Source of the DNA: an uncultured Nitrososphaerales archaeon
Lineage (GTDB): Archaea; Thermoproteota; Nitrososphaeria; Nitrososphaerales; Nitrososphaeraceae
Assembly (NCBI GenBank): GCA_963695855.1
Contig: CAVOHZ010000010.1
Location: forward strand, 64,001 to 128,000
Length of the DNA stretch: 64,000 nucleotides
Reading direction: 5' to 3'
Shown here: one piece after another, positions 54,485 through 64,000 of the stretch
Numbering within the stretch: position 1 is the first letter of the stretch
How the letters are laid out: every line of letters starts with the position of its first letter
The notes under the pieces: generated by a model
What the model saw: the letters and a program-made list of their open reading frames with translations, nothing else
Database searches by the model: none
Told to the model about the DNA's origin: nothing
Position numbers and translations under genes: made by a program

Positions 54485-56080
54485 TTAATTATCGCTGTTG
54501 TCATCACTATTATCATCTTCATTACCTTCCATGGGTACACATTCAAATTCATCTACTAATCCATCAACATCATTATCTATTTCATCTTCACAGATTTCAA
54601 CTGGCTCAACTTGACTTTTCTTTTTGTCTTCTTTGGTTTGGTCCTCTTCATCTACTTGCTCTTCTTCGTCTTGATCATCTTTTGCTTGTTGTTGTTTCTC
54701 TTCAGCTACTTGTTGTTTCTCTTCAGCTACTTGTTGTTTCTCTTCAGCTACTTGTTGTTTCTCTTCAGCTACTTGTTTTTCTTCCTGACCTTTTAATTCC
54801 GTACATTCTTCTTCATCAACCAGTCCATCTAGATCATTATCTTGTTCATCATCGCATATTTCTTGTGGTGCTAATTGACCTTCACCTATTTTATCCTGTG
54901 TGGAAATTCCTTCTTTTGCTTGTTGTTGTTTCTCTTCAGCTACTTGTTTTTCTTTAGCTAATTGTTGTTGTTCTTCTTCGTCTTGATCATCTTTTGCTTG
55001 TTGTTGTTTCTCTTCAGCTACCACATCACCTTCCACTTCTGCAATAGGCGGTTCTTCTCCTGCTGTCTCCTCCACCGTACCAGTAGTTTCATTGCCTATG
55101 GAAGTTTGGTTCTCCATTGGGCTTGGCACTTCCACAGGTGGAGTGATTTCTTGAGGTACTTGTGATGGTTGTGTTTGTCCCATTTCTTCAGTAGTTTGTT
55201 CCGACTCTGTAACAGCCTCACTGACTGTTTCATTTATGGGTACCTCTTCTGTCGGTATTTTTGTACCTGCAGGTTCTCCAGCCGTTGTTTCGTTTGAAAT
55301 TGGTGGAACGGTTTCTTCTGGTATTTCTTCTGATGGCTGCTGCTCTTGAATACCCGGACCCTGTATTGAAGGTGGGATGGATTTGGAAGCATTTATTACA
55401 GTTTGATTAACAAACTCCAAGACCTGTGTGTCTGGTGTCTCAGTCTCAGATATTACATCTTCTTCTTCGGTCTCTTCAGTAGCATTGACAGGCACCCCGG
55501 TTACATTTGCGCCAGTTGGTCCGCCTGGTAACGTTGTTGTGGTCTCATTTGTCACATCCGTCGCAGCCTGCTGTGCTGTAAATAATTGATCTAATCTTTG
55601 TTTTTCAAATTTAATATTAGAAGTATTAAAAGCCACCGTACCAGCATCATCACTAATAATTGACTCATTCTTGATTATTTCCTCGACGACACTCTTTATC
55701 GGATCCTCAAATGATGTAGCGTTTGGAATAATGGTTAAAGATTTTGTCTGATCTGTTTCATTATCAAAGACAAATTCTTGAAATTCCCTTTCAGTTAATG
55801 GAGGTAGCGGGTCTCTTTCTCCCTCGATAGCCGCCTGTTCTTGATCTAAAACTTCTTCCTCCGCCTCATCGGTAGGCGGAAGATCCCCTACTGAAATGGC
55901 ATCACTAGGGGGGGTTTGGGGTCCTCTTTCTGTTGTCGGTGGAGGAACAAAAGGAGCTATATCTCCCTTGAAGGATTTATCATTTTCTTGAGCCCAAATC
56001 GTATCGTAATTGGGGTTATTTATTAAAAGAATTGATAACGTCGCAAATATCAGAGATATAATAGTTAATCTTTGTCTCAT
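54485..56080 (-). CDS. Secreted acidic low-complexity protein with two MopE-like putative metal-binding motifs
   Basis: Signal peptide; EICDDEQDNDLDGLVDE and EICEDEIDNDVDGLVDE; QQVAEEK 21-bp repeats. Confidence 0.8.
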   Translation of the reverse strand: MRQRLTIISLIFATLSILLINNPNYDTIWAQENDKSFKGDIAPFVPPPTTERGPQTPPSDAISVGDLPPTDEAEEEVLDQEQAAIEGERDPLPPLTEREFQEFVFDNETDQTKSLTIIPNATSFEDPIKSVVEEIIKNESIISDDAGTVAFNTSNIKFEKQRLDQLFTAQQAATDVTNETTTTLPGGPTGANVTGVPVNATEETEEEDVISETETPDTQVLEFVNQTVINASKSIPPSIQGPGIQEQQPSEEIPEETVPPISNETTAGEPAGTKIPTEEVPINETVSEAVTESEQTTEEMGQTQPSQVPQEITPPVEVPSPMENQTSIGNETTGTVEETAGEEPPIAEVEGDVVAEEKQQQAKDDQDEEEQQQLAKEKQVAEEKQQQAKEGISTQDKIGEGQLAPQEICDDEQDNDLDGLVDEEECTELKGQEEKQVAEEKQQVAEEKQQVAEEKQQVAEEKQQQAKDDQDEEEQVDEEDQTKEDKKKSQVEPVEICEDEIDNDVDGLVDEFECVPMEGNEDDNSDDNSDN

Positions 56081-56267
56081 TTCAATAACTAAAGAATAGA
56101 AGTATACATCATTAATATAAATAATTCTTGATAATTGTTAAAGGAAGTTCTCGATTTACACGCCATTTATTTTTTATTTTTAGTACAGTCTCAAGCCAAA
56201 GAATACAAAAAAATGTTTCTCCGTAAATAAAAACTGCCTTAAAAAGAGTAAAAATTGTTAAACTATT

Positions 56268-57020
56268 TTAGAATACCTCACAATTTTTAGATTTTGTATC
56301 TCCTTCAAATTTGATATAATCAATGATAATATCGAATCCTTTTCCACAATGAAATTCATCTCCTCCTGGACCTCCTATCAATACATCTTTACCGGATTTT
56401 CCCCAGAGAATATCATCTCCAGAACCACCTATTAACAAGTCACGGTTATTTCCCCCATTTATCCAATCATCTCCAGCGTTACCTTCAATTCTATCATCGT
56501 CATCTTCTCCGTAGATTGCATCCTCTCCTTTGTTTCCTTGGATAATGTCATCGCCATCAAAACCTAAAATTTCGTCATCGCCAGAATTTCCCTGAATTAG
56601 ATCATCACCATTGTATCCATCAATGTAGTCATTTCCGCTGTTACCTTCAATTTTATCGCTTCCAGAATCCCCAAAGATATTATCTTTCCCGCTGTTACCT
56701 TCAATTCTATCTTTTCCAGAACCACCATCAAGATAGTCACCCTTGTCCCTTCCCCATATTTTGTCACTGTCTTCCAACCCAAAGATAGAATCTTTTTGGT
56801 TGGTCCCCTTAATCCTGTCTTCATCATCCGTACCTACGATAATTGCTCCATACGCTGATACGATGAATAGATTCATGCTGGTTAGCCCTAAAATTAGAAA
56901 TGTAAAGCCTATCAGTGAAAATGTTAACAAGGTTTTTTTTATCAAACTATAATCTACTACTCTAAAATCAATTTCAAAAATATAAAGATATTCATAGGCT
57001 ATCTTTGATTCCTTCGCCAC
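56268..57020 (-). CDS. Hemolysin-type (RTX) Ca-binding repeat protein (start may be downstream)
   Basis: TM/signal segment followed by many GxxGxDxIx nonapeptides. Confidence 0.88.
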   Translation of the reverse strand: MAKESKIAYEYLYIFEIDFRVVDYSLIKKTLLTFSLIGFTFLILGLTSMNLFIVSAYGAIIVGTDDEDRIKGTNQKDSIFGLEDSDKIWGRDKGDYLDGGSGKDRIEGNSGKDNIFGDSGSDKIEGNSGNDYIDGYNGDDLIQGNSGDDEILGFDGDDIIQGNKGEDAIYGEDDDDRIEGNAGDDWINGGNNRDLLIGGSGDDILWGKSGKDVLIGGPGGDEFHCGKGFDIIIDYIKFEGDTKSKNCEVF

Positions 57021-57106
57021 CGTATCTGTTAGAATGTTAAAATCCAGCCAAAATTGAAATTTTTAATTTAAAAGATAATTGAAAAAATAAAAGATACCCT
57101 ATTGTG

Positions 57107-57925
57107 TTATCTTGTTGTTATTGTTGTACTTTTTTGTTCCCTTTTCTTTTCTTTTGTAAAAAGATCGTATGCTTCCTTTACCTGATAATTCTCATGAACT
57201 ATAGATTTGACTGCTTTGATCATTGCTACTGGATAATCTGATTGCCAGATATTCCTTCCCATATCAACACCTGCCGCTCCATCTCTAATTGCTTTGAATG
57301 TAAGTTCTAGTGCATCGATTTCCTTTTCAAGTTTTTTTCCTCCAGCTATGATAACTGGAACTGGACATCCTTCGACAACTTTCTCAAAATTGTCGCAATA
57401 GTAGGTTTTAACAATATGTGCTCCTAATTCGGCGGCCACCCTGCATGCCAATCCCAGGTATCTTGCATCTCTGACCATATCTTTTCCAACTGCCGTTACC
57501 GCGAGAACTGGAATTCCATATTTTTCACCACAATCTACCAAGTTAGCTAGATTCGTAAGTGTCTGATGTTCATATTTTGAACCTACAAAAATAGACAGAG
57601 CAAGACATGAAACATTCAGCCTGATTGCTTCTTCTATAGATGTTGTGATTGTCTCATTAGCAAGATCCTGGCCTACAATACTTGTTCCCCCAGAAACTCT
57701 TAAAACGATTGGAACATCTGTACTAGGGTTTACTGATGTCCGTAGGACACCTCTTGTCAACATAAGTGAATCTGCATATGGTAATAATGGTTTGATAGTT
57801 CTATTAGGTACTTCCAACCTTTCCGTTGGCCCAAGAAAATAGCCATGATCGACCGCTAGCATCACGCACCGTCCATCATTTGGTTTGATGATCCTCGAAA
57901 TCCTATTTTTCATTCCCCAGTCCAT
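57107..57925 (-). CDS. lsrF: LsrF-family class I aldolase / 3-hydroxy-5-phosphonooxypentane-2,4-dione thiolase
   Basis: MDWGMKNR, LAVDHGY, AELGAHIVKTYY, IAGGKK, GVDMGRNIWQ. Confidence 0.88.
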   Translation of the reverse strand: MDWGMKNRISRIIKPNDGRCVMLAVDHGYFLGPTERLEVPNRTIKPLLPYADSLMLTRGVLRTSVNPSTDVPIVLRVSGGTSIVGQDLANETITTSIEEAIRLNVSCLALSIFVGSKYEHQTLTNLANLVDCGEKYGIPVLAVTAVGKDMVRDARYLGLACRVAAELGAHIVKTYYCDNFEKVVEGCPVPVIIAGGKKLEKEIDALELTFKAIRDGAAGVDMGRNIWQSDYPVAMIKAVKSIVHENYQVKEAYDLFTKEKKREQKSTTITTR

Positions 57926-58179
57926 TTAAAAATTCAAGATCCAGTTTTGTTTTATAACTATTTATATCTTATTTAGGCGAATTTTGAGCTTTACCCGTCA
58001 TTTTTTGGTCGACTAAAGACGGAGTTTCTGGAAAAAGATTATGAAAATTTCAGATATCAATTTTGTAGCAAATGAACTTAAACAATTGAAGAATTGAAGA
58101 TTTTAAATACATTACGAAAAGAAATGAGATTAAATATGTGAAAAATTAAATTGAAGGTTTTTCTCGTCCCAGAAAAAGG

Positions 58180-59223
58180 CTATTTTGATATAATAATTAC
58201 TTTCATGCAATCTTTTGCCTTGTGTGCACAATTGAAAGCATCTTGTGAATGGTCTAAATCAAATCGGTGTGTGATGAGAAAATCCAGATCGACTATTTTT
58301 TCTGCCAACAACTTAAGGGCTTCCTTGGTATCTACATCAGAAGCCGCGTAACTTGTCAAAAAAGAGAGTTCATTAGAATAGATTTTGGCAACATCGAATT
58401 GGAATTTACTTCCTTTCTTAGGGACTCCAAACAACATGACGGTTCCACCTTTTCTTACAATATCATAGCTGTTTGAAAGGGCATGCAAGCTACTTGTTGC
58501 TACGATAGAGAGGTCTACTCCTCTATTTGATATGTGTTCGTTTATAATCTCCACAAAATTTACTTGTTCAGGATTTATTGTAATAACATCCGGAAAATTT
58601 TTTTTGCAAAAATCAAGTCGAAACTGGTTTAAATCCAAAATAAATATTTTTCTGAAATCGTATAGCCTTGCAAGAGCGACAAGCATAAGCCCAGCTGGCC
58701 CTGCTCCAAAAATTGCTATAGAATCTCCTTTGTTTGAAGATTTTATCTTCTTAAAAGCCCTGATGCAACAGGCAAGTGGTTCAATTAAAGAAGCCTGTTC
58801 ATAGCTGACAGCATCTGGTAATTTAAGTACACCACCTCTGGAAACATTCCATTCAGGAACAAGGAATTCATTGGCCAGACCGCATGGTTCGAAATTACTT
58901 TTTTGGTAATGTTCGCACATTGTAAAATCTCCGTGTCGACAAAGGTGACAGGAATTACAACTGACATGATGATGGACAAAAACCCTATCACCAGGTTTGA
59001 AATCTTTAACATTTTCTCCTACTTTTACGATTTCACCTGCCGGTTCATGACCTAGCCTTGCTGAAGACATGCCATATCTTCCAAATACCTTCTCGAGATC
59101 AGAACCACAGATACCACAAGCTTTCATCCTGACAATTATATCTCCAGGAGAAGAAAGTTTTACCTTTCCATTTGAATTTGTTATACTTACAGTTCCATTT
59201 CCAGAAATTATTACGGATTTCAA
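58180..59223 (-). CDS. Zn-dependent medium-chain dehydrogenase (sorbitol/iditol dehydrogenase-like)
   Basis: CGICGSD, GHE, CxxCxxC..C structural Zn site, IEPLAC, GAGPAG. Confidence 0.92.
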   Translation of the reverse strand: MKSVIISGNGTVSITNSNGKVKLSSPGDIIVRMKACGICGSDLEKVFGRYGMSSARLGHEPAGEIVKVGENVKDFKPGDRVFVHHHVSCNSCHLCRHGDFTMCEHYQKSNFEPCGLANEFLVPEWNVSRGGVLKLPDAVSYEQASLIEPLACCIRAFKKIKSSNKGDSIAIFGAGPAGLMLVALARLYDFRKIFILDLNQFRLDFCKKNFPDVITINPEQVNFVEIINEHISNRGVDLSIVATSSLHALSNSYDIVRKGGTVMLFGVPKKGSKFQFDVAKIYSNELSFLTSYAASDVDTKEALKLLAEKIVDLDFLITHRFDLDHSQDAFNCAHKAKDCMKVIIISK

Positions 59224-59412
59224 GTGTTAGGTATCTTATCTTCAGACGACGGGATATAAAAAATATAGAATTTACTTCTTGTTTTTTGTTTTTATTTTTT
59301 ATTCGTTGTGATAATTTTCGCTTAGTCCACAAGGGAAAAGAAATTAGAAATACAAATAGAGCTCAATAAAAATGTGAATATTTGTCAACGAAAAATGCTC
59401 AATTTTAGAATT

Positions 59413-59559
59413 CTACACTTTGTCTTGATATTTTTTAGGCTTTCTTTTAAATATTCCCTTACAGCCCTCACAACAAAAGAAATATTTTTTATTTTGGTGT
59501 TCAAGAGTAACTGCTAAGTCTTCATCCATTTCTATACCACAGACAGGATCGATTGGCAT
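59413..59559 (-). CDS. YHS-domain small metal-binding protein (48 aa), absent from ORF track
   Basis: MPIDPVCGIEMD...KYFFCCEGCKGIFKRKPKKY. Confidence 0.9.
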   Translation of the reverse strand: MPIDPVCGIEMDEDLAVTLEHQNKKYFFCCEGCKGIFKRKPKKYQDKV

Positions 59560-59793
59560 ATAATACTAGTTATCATTTTGTTTGTATTTATTTTTTTATG
59601 ATCCATTTTTTCTGTTGATAAAAATACAATTCTATGAAAAAACTGCATAAAATCAATTAATAAATTAAAAAAAATAAAAAAATAAAACTATTCTAAATAG
59701 GCAAAAAAGCTTTATTGTTTTAATTACCAAAATCGTCAACAATATTTTACAAAAAGAATATTAAGCGGATATGAGATCGTTTTAAGATATAAA

Positions 59794-59964
59794 ATGTCTT
59801 ATCCATGTATTGAAATTGTTTGTGAAAAGTGTGGTTCAACCCTAAACAGGATGATAAATTTAAAATCCATAAAGGATAGCATAAGACCTTTCAGCGGAAG
59901 GTGCAACAAATGCGGTGTATCAATGAATCCTTCTGACTTTACTTTAAAAGCCACTAAACAATAA
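59794..59964 (+). CDS. Small Zn-ribbon protein (56 aa), absent from ORF track
   Basis: MSYPCIEIVCEKCG...GRCNKCG... Confidence 0.8.
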   Translation: MSYPCIEIVCEKCGSTLNRMINLKSIKDSIRPFSGRCNKCGVSMNPSDFTLKATKQ

Positions 59965-60059
59965 TATCATTTTTCTCTTTTATTTGATTTTGGTATTTCC
60001 CAAACAGATGACCATTATATGTTTCTAATTTAGCAGAAATAAATAAAATATTTTTTCAA

Positions 60060-60968
60060 TTACTGTTTTACCAGGCTAAAAAAAATTCCAAGCACATATG
60101 TCAGACAAAGACAGACTCCAAATAACCTGGAGAATGCAATGGTATTGGAAATGGAATTTACGGTTTTTTCTATATTGTTGTAACCATCCTTTAAATAAGT
60201 GACGGCCCTTATTGCAAAGGGAACTGTTATAAAAACTGAAAAAGCAAATACAGGGATATAATTCAAAAAAATTCCAATTACAGTCAAAGCATAAATTGCA
60301 CAGAAAATGCAGGGAAATATCATGGATCCTTTTTCTCTCCCAAAAAGAATAACCAAAGTTTTTCTACCCTTCGTCTTATCTGCATCATGGTCTGGAAATG
60401 ATGCGATAAATAATACAAGAGACGATAGCATTCCTATTATAAAACCCAAAAGTACAATAGAACTATCTATGATCTCGGTTTGAACATACGAAGTTCCTAC
60501 TACTATCATAGAACCTTTTATAGCAACGAGGGTCTCTCCAAGTCCTACATTAACGATTTTAGTAGAGTAGAAGTAAATTGAAAATACTGCGATAGCCAAA
60601 ATAACTGCTATTATGATTCCATTCTGAATAACAAAATAACTTCCTATTGAAAGTCCTACTATCATAAAAAAAAGACCAGCATTGTAAACATCTTTTGGTA
60701 CTAATTTTTTTTCTGGTAATACCCCTGTTCCTCCACTGTATTTGGTTCTTGTTGTGGTAGTATCTATCCCACGTTTATAATCCCAGTAGTCATTAAATAA
60801 ATCTACACTAGCATGTAAAAAAATAACTCCAATATAGGTTAAGAGAGCAGATAGCCAATCAAACTTTCCATAAGAATAAAAAGAGAATAATAGCGCGACA
60901 GTTATTCCAATTATTGAAGCAAGCAAAAATTTTATTCTAATGATCCGTAGCCAAACAGATAATATCAT
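60060..60968 (-). CDS. menA: UbiA-family prenyltransferase (1,4-dihydroxy-2-naphthoate prenyltransferase-like)
   Basis: NDYWDYKRGID, GLGE, DHDADKTKGRKTL; multi-TM. Confidence 0.88.
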   Translation of the reverse strand: MILSVWLRIIRIKFLLASIIGITVALLFSFYSYGKFDWLSALLTYIGVIFLHASVDLFNDYWDYKRGIDTTTTRTKYSGGTGVLPEKKLVPKDVYNAGLFFMIVGLSIGSYFVIQNGIIIAVILAIAVFSIYFYSTKIVNVGLGETLVAIKGSMIVVGTSYVQTEIIDSSIVLLGFIIGMLSSLVLFIASFPDHDADKTKGRKTLVILFGREKGSMIFPCIFCAIYALTVIGIFLNYIPVFAFSVFITVPFAIRAVTYLKDGYNNIEKTVNSISNTIAFSRLFGVCLCLTYVLGIFFSLVKQ

Positions 60969-61048
60969 GTGTTGGATAGAATAAAGAAAGAATTTGTATT
61001 AATTGTTTTTAAATTGATCTTTTTAAAAGAAATAAAATACTTATCAAT

Positions 61049-61348
61049 TCAATCTTTATCATATTCGTCAACTGTTTTTTGAAATACAGCTAGTCGGATA
61101 TTTTGTGATAGAATCTTGTCTACAAGTCTTAAGAGATCGTTGATCTCATTTTCATTCACAACATTCTTGAGAGAATCCTGCAAATCTGTAATAATATCAG
61201 AAATTTCAAAATCTTGTCGATGTAGCACAATTACGACATAGCCGTATTTCTGAATGTTATTTGTTGAATTAGCAATAAACTCATCTACAGGAATCTTTAT
61301 TCTTGTCTCCTTATCAACACTATGATGATGGAAAAGAACCGTAGCTCG
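61049..61348 (-). pseudogene. Start-less remnant of a hypothetical protein
   Basis: About 99 open codons with protein-like composition (RIKIPVDEF...DEYDKD*); upstream part broken by stops. Confidence 0.35.
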
Positions 61349-61740
61349 TCAATGTTATAATGAATTCTTTCTATCATTTTTTATTTCAGTGGATACCATT
61401 GTCTGATTTTTTTGACTTGTTTTCGAGAAAAAATTACTTTTGGTTTGGTGAAATTTAGTTTCTTAAAGTATATCGCTAATTATTTTTAAATCTAAATCGG
61501 TCATTACATTTTAGAGTCGAAGTAATAAGAAGAAAATATGACGGGATAACTCCGTCAGAGGTCAGCAGAATAACAAAGAAACTTCATTTCTTGAAAATAT
61601 CATATGAAAAAGCTTTAGAAACCTAAGACTTGGCAATATTTGAACAAAAAATCACAAAATTTTAGAAAAATAGGGAATGCTTTACGTTTTGAAGTGTTTG
61701 CAATAATATATAAATTATCTATATTCTATAGGGAAAAATA

Positions 61741-62166
61741 TTGATGTTTACCCATTATACTTTAGATAGAGCAAATTCTGTTTTACCCGAAGTAAGAAGG
61801 AAATTTAATGAGACGTTGTTGCAAAAAACCAAGGTCATCAATATTCAGGAGGAATTGCAAAATGTTATTGATTCCGAATCAGGATTTGAAAAGTATTTTA
61901 AAAAGAAGCAGGAACTAAATCATGCTGTTACTATTCTTTATCAGAAGATTGAGGAGATTGAGGATATGGGTATAATGATAAAGAGTGTCGATGAAGGTTT
62001 GCTAGATTTTCCTTCCATTAAGAATGATGAGGAGATATGGCTTTGTTGGAAGTATGGAGAAGAAAGGATAAAATTTTGGCACCGAAAGGATGAGGGTTTT
62101 AAGGGAAGAAAACCTATACCACAAAAAGGATTTAACCTTATCGATGATTTGGCAGACCTAAGATAA
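61741..62166 (+). CDS. DUF2203-family protein
   Basis: YTLDRAN..LP, GLLDFP, LCWKYGE, WH..EGFKGRKP. Confidence 0.9.
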   Translation: MMFTHYTLDRANSVLPEVRRKFNETLLQKTKVINIQEELQNVIDSESGFEKYFKKKQELNHAVTILYQKIEEIEDMGIMIKSVDEGLLDFPSIKNDEEIWLCWKYGEERIKFWHRKDEGFKGRKPIPQKGFNLIDDLADLR

Positions 62167-62274
62167 CCATAATAATATTATTGAACATAAAAAGACACAG
62201 ATAATCGTAATAAATAAAAAAAGAAAGAAAAAATATAAAAACGATTTTTTAACATGTTAATGCAGTATAGATAA

Positions 62275-63831
62275 ATGCAGATTCAAAATAAAATACAATT
62301 AGTTCGTCAGCATGGACACTTTGAATCATTCAATATCTGCATGTCTGCATTGGAAGCAGCTTTGCAATCTGTGGATCCCTATGAATTAGTAAAAAAATCT
62401 GTGCATATTAAAAAAAATGTCAAAAAAAATAATAAAGAAACTGCAAAGAACAATGATAACAATTTGTTAATCATAAAAGATGTAAATTCTAAGGAGTTTA
62501 AGTTTGATCTTACAGCCTTTGACTCCATTCATGCTGTTGGGGCAGGGAAAGCAACTGCCAGGATGGCCATAGCTATAGAAGACATCCTAGATGAAAAGAA
62601 CATAAATTTGAATTCAGGAGCAATAAATGTACCATACAAAGAAAAGAGTAGACCAAAAAAGATCAAAGCGACTTTAGCTTCTCATCCTGTGCCAGATGAG
62701 AAGAGCACACAGGGTACAAAAACCATAATTGATCTACTTGGGAAAATTAAAGGTAGACCTCTTGTGTTTGTATTGATTTCAGGAGGCGCCTCTTCGTTAC
62801 TTTGTTATCCTATTGACGGATTGGATCTAAAATCAAAACAAGAGATAACGGAAATGTTATTAAAATCGGGAGCCTCTATCCATGAAATAAACATAATAAG
62901 GAAACATCTTTCCAAGGTCAAAGGAGGCAATCTTGTAAGGTATGCAAACGATAATGCTATCCTCGTGACTTTGATTTTGTCAGATGTAGTAGGAGATGAT
63001 TTAAACATAATTGGGTCCGGACCGACAGTGGGAGATGATTCCACTTACAATGACGCGATAGAAATCTTGAAAAAATACAAATTATGGGATCCTATTGACA
63101 AGAGAAAGAAGATCAGAAAGATAAGAACTATTCTTGAAAAAGGATCTCTGGGTCTTATTCCAGAAGTACCAAGGCAACAAGATCCAATATTTAAGAAAGT
63201 CAGCAATATTTTGATAGGAAATAATGAAATTGCATGCAGAGCAGCGGTTTCAGACATTAGAAAATATGGAATAAATCCAATATATTTGGGATCACAATTT
63301 GTGTCCGAAGCCAAAATATTTGGAAAAGAACTAGCAAATATTCTGTTAAATAGGAAAATAGAGGATAACGTCCCTGAAGGTTATAACGAAATAACAGCAC
63401 ATAGAAAATCGAAAGTAAATATAGCTGCATTCGTTCTTGGGGGTGAGACGGTTGTTAAAATAGAGTCACCTGACAGCAAAGCAAACAAGGATGTTACAGG
63501 AATAGATAAGAAAGAGAATATTTTAACGGGAATAGGAGGAAGAAACCAGGAGGCAATTCTTGTGGCGTCACAATATTTGAAATCGATGAACCTGTCTGAT
63601 TTTACCATACTCTGTTGTGGCACAGATGGAATAGATGGAAATTCAGATTTTGCCGGCGGTATAATTACTCCTGCAACAATAGACTTTATAAACAGAAAAA
63701 AAATCAATCTTGATAAATATTTACAATTTCATGACAGTAGCTCATATCTTAAGAGGGTGAAGTCAGATATAAAAACAGGAAGGACAGGAACAAACGTAAA
63801 CGATATAGCTATAATTTGTAGAATAAAATGA
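62275..63831 (+). CDS. Glycerate 2-kinase (MOFRL/DUF4147 family)
   Basis: GAGKA, HPVPD, ISGGASSL, RKHLSKVKGG, GGRNQE, TDGIDG, TGTNVND. Confidence 0.94.
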   Translation: MQIQNKIQLVRQHGHFESFNICMSALEAALQSVDPYELVKKSVHIKKNVKKNNKETAKNNDNNLLIIKDVNSKEFKFDLTAFDSIHAVGAGKATARMAIAIEDILDEKNINLNSGAINVPYKEKSRPKKIKATLASHPVPDEKSTQGTKTIIDLLGKIKGRPLVFVLISGGASSLLCYPIDGLDLKSKQEITEMLLKSGASIHEINIIRKHLSKVKGGNLVRYANDNAILVTLILSDVVGDDLNIIGSGPTVGDDSTYNDAIEILKKYKLWDPIDKRKKIRKIRTILEKGSLGLIPEVPRQQDPIFKKVSNILIGNNEIACRAAVSDIRKYGINPIYLGSQFVSEAKIFGKELANILLNRKIEDNVPEGYNEITAHRKSKVNIAAFVLGGETVVKIESPDSKANKDVTGIDKKENILTGIGGRNQEAILVASQYLKSMNLSDFTILCCGTDGIDGNSDFAGGIITPATIDFINRKKINLDKYLQFHDSSSYLKRVKSDIKTGRTGTNVNDIAIICRIK

Positions 63832-64000
63832 TCATGTTTTACAATTTTTTATAGTATTTTCGCTATTCTCTTTTGCAATTATAATTATTTTGATCTATAT
63901 GGATCTAATTGTTTTAAATTATATTTTTTACTATACTGACTAACTAAACTTTGTAGATATACTTTTAGCTAACTGTTATCTATAGACATTCAATAATTGA

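Overview
AT-rich archaeal chromosome segment. Gene content points to a soil ammonia-oxidising archaeon (Nitrososphaeraceae, Ca. Nitrosocosmicus-like); this is inferred, not searched. Core genes: the end of a surface-glycan cluster (epimerases, GT4 glycosyltransferases, methyltransferases), ahcY, metG, NMN adenylyltransferase, a Cache-domain histidine kinase with a stand-alone receiver, an ArsB/NhaD permease, ilvC, ilvB-ilvN-leuA-leuB, the methylmalonyl-CoA module of the 3HP/4HB cycle (two mutase subunits, MeaB, epimerase), lsrF-like aldolase/thiolase, Zn-dehydrogenase, menA and glycerate kinase. Between these lie accessory patches of secreted proteins, pseudogenes and four IS elements: intact IS5, intact IS6 with an 8-bp TSD, decayed IS5 and an IS630 remnant. 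No rRNA, complete tRNA or CRISPR array was seen. Most interesting signals: (1) a four-cysteine helical module I cannot assign to a named family (CxxC..L[NTD]xx[QE]..LxxIC..[ND]C), shuffled into three otherwise unrelated secreted proteins; (2) a dispersed cassette present twice with conserved 5' leader, N-terminus and 3' flank but different C-termini; (3) a decayed, internally deleted ahcY duplicate bracketing a ~5 kb accessory patch that contains a tRNA 3'-end fragment; (4) small Zn-finger/YHS genes missed by the ORF track, one lying in frame directly behind the nadM stop codon without a canonical start.
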